From: Phoronis australis
Taxonomy: Eukaryota; Animalia; Phoronida
NCBI GenBank assembly: GCA_002633005.1
Contig: NMRA01000026.1
Coordinates: 428,434-492,433, forward strand
Direction: 5' to 3'
DNA length: 64,000 bases
In this document: positions 11,360 to 22,575 of the stretch, one piece after another
Layout: every line of letters starts with the position of its first letter
How positions within the stretch are numbered: the first letter of the stretch is position 1
Translations under genes and position numbers: made by a program
Notes under the pieces: model-generated
Told to the model about the DNA's origin: nothing
Database searches by the model: none
Seen by the model: the letters and a program-made list of their open reading frames with translations, nothing else

Positions 11360-11765
11360 ATTACACAAAAGGAATATATCCGATATTTTTCCATCGATCG
11401 TTTGTTGACGATCTGATTCATTTAGCTGAATCCTCGTTCACATTCGAACAAGGAAGTGTCGTAATGCATGATGTAAAAAGATGGTTGGCTGTGCCTACGT
11501 GCGCCTACGCCCCACTACAGCACTGTTTAGAAAACTTTACAACTCAGGCAGCCTCTTTCAAAAGAAGGTAAACCCGGGCGCAGAATCTGATCCTCGGGAA
11601 CCGACTTTGAACCGTCGTCGTACTGAAGCGCGAATATATTTTTGGGAGACTTTTCCTCAGCCACCAGAAACTGGGCTATGACTCGCATTAGGTATTTTTG
11701 AAAAAGCCACAAAGGCAATGTATCTTGGTGTTTGGAAGCTTGCCCTTTCATAAATACGTTCAAAG
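11360..11765 (-). mobile_element. Possible mariner transposase N-terminal (HTH) relic
   Basis: RVIAQFLVAEEKSPKNIF...SFERG resembles mariner RAVIxFLxxEGxxxxxI...FxxG. Heavily decayed. Confidence 0.35.
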
Positions 11766-12849
11766 TATAACCCTAATAAAATGAGCCTTACCAAACTGGA
11801 CGAATACCTACAATCGAGCTGAGCTGCCTCTATCAAGTACTTGAATCGTAGTTTAGCAGACCAGCGCCAATTCGTATTTGAACACCTTTACTTAGCGTGA
11901 GCTGTCAGCTTTTAAACACTTGAGTGAGGCGGACAGCCCTGCTCCAAGAGCTATTCGTCTGGCGCTGGCCCTTAGGCCTCATATTCACTGTCCGTGAAAT
12001 TTGATGGCTGTCTCCCTGAGATTTGCCCCCTCCCCGACCTATGGCTGGCATGGGGGTCGATAGAAAGTTAGCGACATCCGGAGAATGGGGCTGCGGGGGG
12101 ATTTGGCGAAGTAGAGTGGTTTTGTGTCCCCTTAATACTTTTTACCTTCTTACAGGCCTGTGAAGCGCCTTGGAGTTAAAAACATTACCGCGCTCATTCG
12201 ATCTTGAATTGTTGACGAATGAGGCATTTATCTATAGCAATGCGTCACTTTCGAATTCGTAATTTTGGGGTTTTTTAACCCCAAGGAACTAGGAATCGTT
12301 TTCTTGAGTGGCTCGATTTTCATTTTTAGTCGCCCGCTTGTACAGGGTGGAATGCAACTTTAAAATTGGCCAAAAGTAAATAAATTGAAATCATTGGTAT
12401 TACTCTTTCGGATATCTGTTCTGATGCAAAGAAAACGTTCCGATACGCTCAGGTGTAAACAAAGATCTAGAAAGAGATAAAGATAGTGAGATTAACACTT
12501 TTATTTACATTGAGGTGCGATACAATAAATAATAAATTGCAGTTAAATTAGAAGACCTCCTTTACACAAATAGAAGTATTTTAAATTTCGGTCTCGTGAA
12601 AGTACTTACTCGACGCATCAATCGAGACTCAGTAAAACGCGTTCAATGTTCATTCCACATAAAGACTTAATCCACATTTCGTCGCGATTCTATTTTCTGT
12701 CCCGAGCAGTAACCGAGTCACGTGACCGTACTGCCGTGTCCGCACCTTTTGGGTCATTTCACGGACACTTGGCACGGTTATTGCACGTCGGGCGTATCAA
12801 GACGTATACATAAATAAACAATAGACAAATCAATAATAAGTTAATGATA

Positions 12850-14780
12850 CAAAACAAATACGTGAGAATTACTTTAGAAAAAAATGAAGTAGCGCTAGCG
12901 ACTGACACATTAGGACCAGGAAGTTGGCTGACACAGCTCTAGGGGGTGCTGGAAAGGTAAATAAATGTTTTAAGATTGTTTTGCATACGCAGCTGTTGTG
13001 TCGTAGTTGGTTATTTTTTAACCAATGAAAGGGAAATCCTCCACTTGACTAATTGCTTTGCTCTAAAAAGAAATGGTGTTAATAATACTATCAACTTTCG
13101 CTTGGAGGTAGTGGAAGATCATGATAACTACTTTTTGATTCAGAGTGTAGTCCACAAAGATAGGCGTGTGGAAGCGGAACAACCAATGGCAGATTAAGTA
13201 GAGCCGTGAGGACCTCTGGTGGGCATTGGTAAGCTAGTGGAAGAGGTGACCTTCAGGAAAACCTTTTGGGCACGGTTAGTTGAGACACAAATATTAAATA
13301 GTGTATATTCAGCTGCAGTAATACCGTAGTGGTTCATCTTCTGCAAGAGGACTCGGTGGTCTGTTGCGTCGAAAGCTTTTGAAATATCACGATGGGAACA
13401 AATACGGTCCAAATGTTTAAGCGAAGTTCTGTACGTAGAGTGAAAAATTTTGAAGCCTTATTGATGTTTATAAAGAATATCATTTTCATTTAAGAAATTT
13501 GAAAGTCATTATTTGTGGATAAATTTTTCGATACATATACAATTTTGCATTGTAATTCTTGTTGTGAGGTAATAAATGTACTAAAAAACTAGGTGGCTCA
13601 GTGGGTTGAAAGCGAATTATTGACGAATCATAGTATGCACTCGTTCTTGGGAAGGGGCATGCGCAGTCGACTTGTAGACTATGATCCATGAGTTACCAAG
13701 AGCATTGGATTCGGTTGAAATAACAGGAAAAACAAAATTAAATGGCATCTGAATGACATTGGCGTAAGTATGCATGATTTTAGGGAAGTGCTCGTATAGG
13801 TGATACAGCCGGACAGACCTTCAGGGGCGCGCATGGGGGATACAATCAGCTCGATAGTGAGAGTGCAGTGCAATAAAGTTATACTAATCAGACGGAAAGG
13901 TTACGTAAGAAAACGGAAAGAAAACGTTATTCATTGCGAGTTTTACTCCCAAGGTGGCACTGAACAGTTAGGCTGCGGCCACGGCCAATTTGCAGTGCCA
14001 AAATATTAAAATCTAGGGGTAGGCCAGGCTTGAGGGCATTTTTAGTTAGGTATTGAATGTAGGTCAAGCGAACTGAATGTGGTTTGCTTGTATTTGTGAA
14101 TATGCTGAGAATAAACAGGCCACTTTCTCGGCTGTGGCTGCACTCTTCTTCAAGATGGTGGCCCCCTGTTGCAATTGTGCATTACTATGTACTCAACTGA
14201 GAAATAGGCCGCGATTTCAGGTAGCCCTCAAACAAGCCAGATTTGCAAAAAAAATAGTTGTTTTCGGCAGGGAAGTGGTGGTTTTGGGATGAAAAGTGCT
14301 GATTTTGCATTTTTTGCCCTTATTTTTCTTAGTCTAGTCTAGTCTTTTCAGTGGGAGTGAAAGGTTCAAATATACAAGAGAGAATAAGGTTTCTGTGCTC
14401 ATCAGTAGGGCTTGTGATGTGAAATGACTCAAAACTTTTCTTTATTTGCATGAAGTTTTTGACAGAGTGAAGAAAGTGTGAAGAGTCCATTGACGTGTGT
14501 TCTGATAGGCAAACCCCTTTGAGAACTGTTCTGTACCTCCCAAGGGCAGTCTCGACCATTCAACAGCTAGCGTCATCTCTAGTACAAGGTTGATCGTCGC
14601 TTAGTTGTACGTTCATTGATGAAGATCTTGTTGCTGGTGAGAAGTTTGCGTATTTCAAGGCTGGACGATCCGTGTAGATGAATGTGCAGATATGGTTTCT
14701 GGTTTTATTTGCGTTTGGTTTTCCATGTTTATGGGCTCTACTTATGTCCAGCTTAATATCCTTCTTTACCAATGTTTATT
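12850..14780 (-). mobile_element. Degraded CR1/L2-type LINE (ORF1-like and RT fragments)
   Basis: 13194-13412 encodes DISKAFDATDHRVLLQKMNHYGI...RAQKV...GPHGST (the RT DxSKAFD and GVPQGS motifs). 14560-14772 has LDISRAHKHGK, resembling the ORF1 RRM 'IDRAHR' motif. Confidence 0.7.
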
Positions 14781-15732
14781 ATCGGGTTGACAGTGACGCC
14801 CTCTTTTTTGACCTACCGTATTTGTTTCCGCTTACAGCAACACATTCTAAAAAGATATTACTAAACTGGTCTCCGGTACTTACTTCTGCACTGAACAAAT
14901 AAGTACCGGAGACTAGGTATTGCTAGACTTATTTGTCACAGAAAGTCTTTCCGAAAATCTTACTGGCTAAGATCTCTGACATGAGCATTTCTCGTAACTT
15001 CTAAATGTCTCCAGACATACGGTATCGTTTTATGATAGAGCCTATTCGTGTCTGTTCTTCTTTATAAAAACTGATAGCTGAAAGTCTCTAACCTTGGCCA
15101 ATGCGACCACAGACATATTGTTCCATGTAACCTTATACAGTGTAACTTTATACAGTTTAAGTAAACTTCAGCAAAACAAAAAGGAATATTCACTCCTACG
15201 CCACTAGGATTTGCACGCAAGAGGGCGCGAGAAAGCGTGCACTGTTCATTCCTGAGTATCCAGTGAATTCCTCTGCACATCAAAGGCTTGATGGCGCCGA
15301 ATGCAGTGAGTAAGTCGCTATTCATGGCATCGGCCGATGAGTATTGGGTTAGATAATTAAACCAACCAGCCTACTTGGCGTACAAATTTCAAAGTCAAAA
15401 AAGGAACAATAAGTGCGACAAACTATCGACACTTCGTTTTGATTTTATTCCACTTTAAAAATCGTGGAAGTCATGTTTTTATAGCCCTCATGCAAAAAGT
15501 AACTTTTTAAGTTTCACTTTTCACAATTCCTAACATCGTTTTGTGAATACTGCACCAGTACACTACTTGTATGAGACAGTTTCATTAGAATCCGACCAGC
15601 CATTGGCAAGATGTGATGTGACTAGTTACTCAAATTTGTACATTTTTCTTGGGTTGCAGTGGACACGTACATATGTCCTTGTACGATTAAAACATTTCGT
15701 GGTCTTGAAACCTTTTTATACCAGTCACTAAA

Positions 15733-15870
15733 ACCGCCTCCCGTTCAGTAACGCTAGGACCTCGCTAAAAGGCAAGACTACGTGAGATATTGCCGTGCAT
15801 TTTAAATGAGAACACGTGACTTTGACTAGGTTTTAATTAGGTCCTAGCGTCTACTGAACGCACGCCCGGC
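15733..15870. mobile_element. Short TIR MITE (PIF/Harbinger-like), family also at ~2600-2660 and 62220-62380
   Basis: TIRs cgttcagta(ga)cgctaggacct and aggtcctagcgt(c)tactgaacg. Shared internal aagtcttgctttttagcgagg. Confidence 0.7.
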
Positions 15871-16050
15871 TTTCACGAGTAACTCGCTCCTGACAAAAGC
15901 AAGACAACTAGTTGTTGCTCTTGTCAGCGATATGCAGCAAATTTGAAAAAAATGAGAACGAACAAAAAACACAAAAACTCTCAGTGTGAAATAATGCGTA
16001 TGCGCATGTGCCAAGAGCTTCTTTTAAAAAAGCATTATTTCCGCATATTG

Positions 16051-16735
16051 ACGCACGTAGTACACTAAGTTGTTTAGGCACCCGCTTGAGTGGCGCCTCG
16101 GTCAAAGGTCAAACGCGAAAGGTCAAAAGCCAAGTGTGATGAGTGCAGCAGGAAGGGACATCAGCCGCCTACCAGCAGGGAGTGACAATGACGTCATAAA
16201 TCATTACGTAATGTGAGAGAGGGACCTCGATCCAAAGTCAAGGTCATGCGTCTTACCGCAAGACATCGGTAAACCGGAAGAAACGAGGTCGAATCGGACG
16301 ACACATGTCTGCTGACATCATCAGGTAGGTTAGAGCGTGGCACCGTCCACCACCCGAATGTTCTAAAAAGAATATGTTGTGTTTGTAGAGTTCAACTGAC
16401 CGAGAGTGGGAACAAATTGGGATTATGTTGCGTACTGAATAAGAACAAAAGGTTGATTACCTTTTGTGCGCGCCATGTGTCGGTGGACGGTGCCACGTTA
16501 TAACCTACCTGCTGATGTCAGCAGTCACGTGACGTCCGATTCGACTTCGTTTTCCTTCCGGTTTACCGACGTCTTCCGGTAATACGTATGACCTTGACCT
16601 TGGATTGAGGTCCCTCTTTAACAGGTCCAATTAAACCTATTACGTAATGATCTATGACATCATTGTCACTTCCCCTTTGATCGAGGCGCCGCTCAAACGG
16701 GGCGCCTAAACAACTTACTATACTACTGGCGCGTG
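16051..16735. repeat. Long foldback element: ~270-300-bp imperfect inverted arms around a ~130-bp spacer
   Basis: 16051-16350 is the reverse complement of 16482-16735, e.g. taagttgtttaggc/gcctaaacaactta, ctgctgacatca/tgatgtcagcag, cgtggcaccgtccacc/ggtggacggtgccacg. Confidence 0.85.
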
Positions 16736-16901
16736 ATCTAAATGCGCGCGTACTTTGGGTTAGATTGTCTTTCATCGTTCAAGAACCAATTGCCGACAGA
16801 CCCTCAAAACCATTCACTGTCACTCCTTACTTGATCTTACTGTCTTGCGTTTTACGAGGACCAATATCACTCCCAGGTTTTGAGAACAACCGATTCATTG
16901 C

Positions 16902-17735
16902 TTACGCTGTATCTAGTCCTTGACATCCGAGAGGCTTCATTTCAATGTCATTAGTGTTTTCACGAGATTTTGGCAAAAACACTTTCCTCGGATTGGAAAA
17001 CTCGACTTTACGAACAGCGTGACCGTTTAGCATATCCTTAGAGTGACTACGAAGGCGCGGATTCATGGAGTTTGTCAGGATCTCAGACCTTGTGCTGACA
17101 CGAGAGTCTCCATCTGTACCCCTGCGTCCTTTGCATCTGCGCCAAACGTCACAGAAACACCTGAGATTGGCATTGAACAGCAAGAATACGTATGGATTGC
17201 ACACTGAGTTTGTTGGCAACATGCTCGACGCAATTGCGGTGAGCATAGGCCAATATGGCGGCACAGATTTCCCTTGGTAAGCCACGCTCCACATTTCCAC
17301 AAAGATATAAGGCACCGTGCAAATAATATAGATGACCACTATGACAATGGTCATTATTAAAGTTTTTGTCTTCGCCTTTCGGAGAGAAGTGGAGGTGGTG
17401 GCATGCAGTCGGATCTTCCCAGGCTTCAGTGGCGTGTCTCCATTCGATTGCTCCCGGCTGTCGCGCTCTTTCTTGCAAATTTTCAAGAATATTCTGAAAT
17501 ACGCTACGAGGAGTACTGTCACGGGAAAGAAGAACAAGATTATACTGGAGTAGAGTAGGTAAACTTGCATCTCCCACGGACTCGCACCCTTCCTTCTTAA
17601 GTAACCGATGCAAATCGGTTTGGTTGACACATTCTCTCTGTCAATTACCCTCAAACAGCCAACGCCGTGCAGAAATAACTGCGGCAGAGCGCCAACAGCT
17701 GCCATGACCCAGGCTATGAGAGCCAAAATCCACAC
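16902..17735 (-). CDS. Class A neuropeptide GPCR (vasopressin/oxytocin-CCAP/NPS-GnRH receptor superfamily), coding exon 2 (TM4-TM7, C-tail)
   Basis: Acceptor tttag|GTG at 17737/17735, phase 0. TM4 W...LPQ, TM5 FFFP...Y, ICL3 RKAKTKTLIMTIVIV (cf. 'RAKIKTVKMT'), TM6 CTVPY, TM7 NSVCNPYVF, CFC palmitoylation-like site; stop at 16902-16904. Confidence 0.92.
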   Translation of the reverse strand: MWILALIAWVMAAVGALPQLFLHGVGCLRVIDRENVSTKPICIGYLRRKGASPWEMQVYLLYSSIILFFFPVTVLLVAYFRIFLKICKKERDSREQSNGDTPLKPGKIRLHATTSTSLRKAKTKTLIMTIVIVVIYIICTVPYIFVEMWSVAYQGKSVPPYWPMLTAIASSMLPTNSVCNPYVFLLFNANLRCFCDVWRRCKGRRGTDGDSRVSTRSEILTNSMNPRLRSHSKDMLNGHAVRKVEFSNPRKVFLPKSRENTNDIEMKPLGCQGLDTA

Positions 17736-18216
17736 CTAAACAGAATGCAGATATAACTGTTATATTTGATGGGTAAGTTTCAGTAGCAAATTGACTTGAC
17801 TGGACAGCCCTAAGTGAACACAAACTTACGCGGAGGTGTCGGATCGGCATGTCTAGCGAAACTAATTTAGGCTTTGTCCTTCCCTGTTCGTTGCAAATTT
17901 CCAAAATCCCCGCACCACCAATATTTCTCCTCTCAACTGACACTGCAAATTGTTGTGGGATACATGCCCCCGCGCTTCCTACGGCCCTATCTTCACGAAG
18001 TACATTAATTTTGATACCAGTGACTTTTCAAGATACTTCATACGTGAAATAGTTCCTCGAAAACTGAACCTCAACGCACTGGTGGTGGGAATAAGTTTTA
18101 AAAAATGGGCAACGGGTATCATTTTCCTGAAAACATGCTTCAAGATTTTTGGGAACCTAGTGGCCGACATCAAATTTTATCTGTTTTCAGTTGCGTAAGT
18201 AGATTGTGCATTTTAC

Positions 18217-18663
18217 CTTTACTGGCTGTCTGAGGGGGCTTCTAATGGCTTGGTGACGATCAAAAGCAAGCATCATGACCATGTTAGTGCTGCTGAGCAT
18301 GGCAACGATTTGCAGGAATTTCACCAATCGACACATGAAATCGCCGGCAAACCATGTACTTCCCAAAACTTCAGTTAACAGTTGACTGAGTATTGCGAAC
18401 TCAGCAACGAATAAGTCTGCCACTGTCACGTACAGTATCATGAGATTAACACGTGACTTCAATCGTCTGCTGTTTGTCCATAACCAGACGACAACAAGGA
18501 TGCACCCGATGTTGCCAAGGACAATCTCGGCTATGAGCGTGATAACACGAGGTTCCTTGCTGTACGCATTAACATTTGTCAGGGGATCAGTTTTATTAAA
18601 GACGAAACATTGCTCTGCATCAACACCATCCTCTGTGTACTCAGTAATAGATGAGGTATTCAT
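18217..18663 (-). CDS. Same GPCR, coding exon 1 (N-terminus to ICL2); spliced product 426 aa
   Basis: ATG at 18663; N-glycosylation sequons NTS and NKT; KSRVN..I..V.VADLFV, WFAGDFMCRLVKFLQ, DRHQAIRSPL. Donor AAG|gtaaaa at 18217/18216; 447 nt = 149 codons. An acceptor ttttcag 8 nt upstream of the ATG implies an upstream 5' UTR exon. Confidence 0.92.
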
Positions 18664-18919
18664 CGTACTTTCTGAAAATATACAAAGAACACGCTTTTAA
18701 TCTGAAGGGACACGTTACCGGTATTTTTTTGTTTGTTTTTTTTTACCAAATTAGCATATTTTACTTGCTCTAAAAGCTATTTTGAACATTGTCCGTCGAT
18801 TTTTAAAAATGTAAACCACAAAATGTGACACGGCTGTGAGCATGGTGGGCTGAATCGCGATCGTATTGGTTTTATTACCTGCTGCTAGCATGATTGGTTA
18901 CAAGAGTAATCGAATGGCA

Positions 18920-19355
18920 ATACCTTATTGCCGCGCCATTAGGTCCATGGGCGTCTGTGGAGAATTGCAAAATTTAGGCGCATGCGGCAATATGCGAATC
19001 ACTTGGGTAAAAAAGGCCGCGAAAAAAGGCATTATTTCGGCTATGAGCCCGTAGGCCTAAAGTCGCGGCAATGCCGTAATACAAAAGTATTTACAAAATT
19101 TCTTGAAAATATGCCAATCAACTCCAAAGATAAAGAGGCAAACGTAAAAATATTGCAATGAGGAGGCACAGCAGTAGTCAAATGCACCTATATGCGAATT
19201 AATGTGTGGACTTATGCAGCTGACATTATCTGGGCTTATGTGCGAAACATGGGCGCATGCGCTAACATGCGAACCACTTGGGTAAAAAGGTCGCGAAAAA
19301 GGCACTATTTCGGATGTTTGCCCATAAGCATAAAGGCGTGGCAATACGGTAGTAC
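18920..19355. mobile_element. Short TA-flanked TIR element with a partial tandem duplication
   Basis: taccttattgccgcg at ~18921 is inverted relative to cgcggcaatgccgta at ~19064. The block ggcgcatgcg...cacttgggtaaaaa...tatttcgg...ggcaat is repeated at ~18977 and ~19252. Confidence 0.55.
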
Positions 19356-19729
19356 CGAGTCTGGGACTGAAAATCTTTTTTAACCGTGGTTGTGGAGAAG
19401 TGATTAGCAAAGCTGCCAACACAAATTCTTCCAAAATTCTCATCACCTACTTATTTCCATCTGGTATTGAAGTCGTTGTCTACTTCAAACCAACATGTGT
19501 AAGGCACATAATCAGTTCAATGTCCGCCCACAATACTTTGGACATCTGAGTCCAGTTGCCAGACTGTGCAACTTTTTACGACCGGAAGTTAAGTCGTATG
19601 ACCGGCAGGAGGACTTCCGATTCTGGCCTCTAACTCCAATGGTCTCACTCTGACGAACTGGAAAATATCGGAATCGGTTATACTGTGCACGATTCTAGTA
19701 AGACTCACAATATGTATCTTAGATAACAG

Positions 19730-19973
19730 GGGCCTGTTTTATCAAAGGTCGTAAGACTCATGGTCGTAGCTATGACTGTCCGTAGGCACATTTCTGCAAA
19801 GGCGACGTTGCAGAGCGAAACATTGCTACTGACGTAAACGTGACCGCAGTTATCATTTGTGAAAGTTGAAAGCCCATCTTCATAAACTTCGTCACTGAAT
19901 TGTTTGCTAATGAAAAGGAAGTTATGACTGTCTTAGCTAAGAAAAGGCTTGCGACATTTGATAAAACCTGCCC
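19730..19973. mobile_element. PIF/Harbinger-like MITE
   Basis: TIRs gggcctgttttatcaaa and tttgataaaacctgccc, preceded by cag. Confidence 0.6.
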
Positions 19974-20237
19974 GACATTCGCAACTACGATATAGTTAGA
20001 TGAATTTCTAACGCAGGCGCAACTCGGCGCCTTCGTGGGGGAAACTCCACACCTTCAGTTTCCGTTCTGTGACATCCGACACACACATCGGAAGTTAAAC
20101 GTGTGGATCCAGCAGACGCCGCCAGTGAGTGTGATGTTTTCCGATCACGCAAATTCCCAGATCTCGCGCAAAGTACGCAATTGGCGTTCCTAGAATAGTA
20201 CATGCTCACGCTACAGACTCACAGCCAAAGTACAATG

Positions 20238-20245
20238 TATTTATA
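20238..20245 (-). promoter_or_regulatory. Candidate TATA box for the GPCR transcript
   Basis: TATAAATA on the minus strand, Inr-like TGAGT ~26 nt downstream, then a CpG-richer stretch and a GTGAGT donor at 19708. Inference only. Confidence 0.25.
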
Positions 20246-21939
20246 CGTCCAGTCACAGGATTGTTTTTCATCCCTGATTTCTGTGTCCGCGATTCTCTTC
20301 TGTCTCCATTTGTAAAGCACCGTCTACACGGTTCGATTGCAGTTTGTAATCGTCTCATATATAGATTAATGTTATTTCTGGGTGCTGAATTTCATAGGCG
20401 TATCGGAGGGCCAATGATGTAAAATTCGACCAAAACATGAAAAAATCGATAAGCGCAACATATAATGGAAAATTAAAGATCAAATGAGCCGCGTCTACTG
20501 CGAAACAAGGAGAAGAGAGATAAATTAAGGTTAAACAGAGAACCTATGTCAATTATTTACGCGAGGAAGTATGTAGAATTTGTGTCCAATAAAATAACAA
20601 AACATTTCCATAAAGGATATTACAGAATCAAGATATGTGGTCCAAACAACCAAAAAGTACGAGGCGGGACTGAATTATAATGCGTTGATATCGAAGACAT
20701 GATACAGATTGGGCCCTAATGTAATATACCCCATGGTGTGTGTCACAGTGTCAAAATCATCGATGTTTTCGGAGGAAGATTGCCAAAAGTAGAACTTACT
20801 TTGTAAACAGTCAGGGGTAAAACACTTTTTATGCGACTGTAGCTGATTACTGCAAACGTGAAAATTTTCTTTCGAGGATTGTTAACAGTTTTGTGGATCT
20901 CAAGGTCCTTAAGCTGCCATTTTTAAAATAAGAACAGCTACCTCTGGAATAACTGTTATTTGTTAAAATCGGCCAAAATTTGGACAGGTTACTCTTCCGA
21001 TGTTCAGCTGTTCACCTCTTCTGTTCACGAACTCTCAAAAGAGCATCACTCTTGGCTTCCGCCGGTTTTGCAGCCGTTTTCCACTACACAGGAAACAGGA
21101 CTGGCTTCCACAAACGCAAGAATCTCTCAAAAAAAATTAGATCACCCTCGGAACCAGGAAAAGATGACCACTGAGGTGATTGGTCTGTGACTTTGGGATG
21201 TTGAATTATGGGGAAATCCAGCGTTCACTTTCGATGCGCGAATATTTCTTGCCTTAGGTCTACAGAACGCAGCCTATCTGATAAGGTCAGGGCCTCAACT
21301 TCAGTTTATTCTACCGCGGATACCAGCGTCAGGAATATGTGACTTCGAATAAAATTACAAAAATAGAATGAATTCTGCTGTTTTTTACCTCTTATCAAAG
21401 CTAACATAAGCTCTAAAATTCCGAATTTTGCACAGTATAACTTAAGATCTAAGATTTAGAATAATTTTGACAATCAAATGCCCTAAAATGTTAGGATTAA
21501 CAAAACTTGTTGAATGTATAAAACTGTAAATAATCACTCCACAAAAGTAATTAAACGAAGCAAAAACAAATGAACTCTTTTCAGTCATAATTTAGCTTTG
21601 GTTTCGTGAACCATTAGAGTGTAGATACGCAAAAGGCAGTTAACGAAGTGCTCTTTGTCCGAGAGCCTCGTTTTACATTTACCAAAATAGCCGGTCTAAC
21701 GAGATTCCGCCGGGCTTACCACCCAATCAGCCTGCGGCATTAAACCATTATTCAGTGAATGCCTGGATGCTCTATAAATACGAGCAAACAGGGCAGAGTT
21801 CCGTATAGAAGAAAACACTCGCGGCAAAAAATCTTCACTAATAGAACGAACAGAAACAGTGAATTCAATCGCATAATTTAACACTCCAACCTCGCAGACC
21901 AATCCCCCCGCCCCCCCAACGGCCATTCTTACTTAGCCC

Positions 21940-22575
21940 GATACAGCGTGACAAACGCGCGTCTCGTTGTATCGTTAGAGTAGAACGGTACAGCGAGTAG
22001 AACGAGACGCACGCTTTAACGATACATGCGCGCACCCAGGGGGGGGGGGAGCTCGGAGGGCTGGAATGAGCCCCCCTCCCCCCATTTGGCGAAGTGGGCA
22101 AAAAGTCCGCCTCTAAGAAACAAAAAGTCCTGCAAAAGGAGACAAAAGTCCAAGCACAAACAGTGGTGCGCCCGTTTTTTTTTTTGTTTTTTTTTGTCCG
22201 CCCGCTTTTTTGTTACCAAAAGGTCCACAAGGTCAGGAATTCGAGCCCCCTCCATATTGAAGGCTGGGTGCGCGCATGCGATGTAATCTCTTAGGACGAT
22301 ACAGCGTGACAAACGTGCGTCTCGCTGCATCGTACAGCGAGTAGAACTTGACGTAACCATGCACTTGAACGGTAGAGCGCGACAAACGTGCATCTCGTTG
22401 TACGATACAGCGAGTAGTCTAGAACGAGACGCACGTTTTCACGTTGTGACCCTTAGAGCGATACAACGTGACAAACGCAAGTCTCGATGTATCGTTTCAA
22501 AGCCGAAGAATGATACATCGAGTTGAACGAGACGCATGCTTAAACGTTGTTACCCCTATGAACGTCGTATCGTTT
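21940..22575. repeat. Degenerate internally palindromic tandem repeat (~80-90-bp units) interrupted by a MITE
   Basis: Recurring gatacagcgtgacaaacg..gtctcg and tacagcgagtagaacgagacgca blocks at ~21940, 22298, 22375 and 22460. Confidence 0.65.
22025..22278 (+). mobile_element. MITE with CATGCGCGCACCCAG TIRs and a 5-bp TSD
   Basis: TIR catgcgcgcacccag / ctgggtgcgcgcatg; flanks cgata/cgatg. Homologous to 47838-48084. Confidence 0.8.

Noticed and set aside
17065-18700. Several overlapping and antisense ORFs over the GPCR
   Set aside because: Shadow frames of the real coding exons and intron; no motifs.
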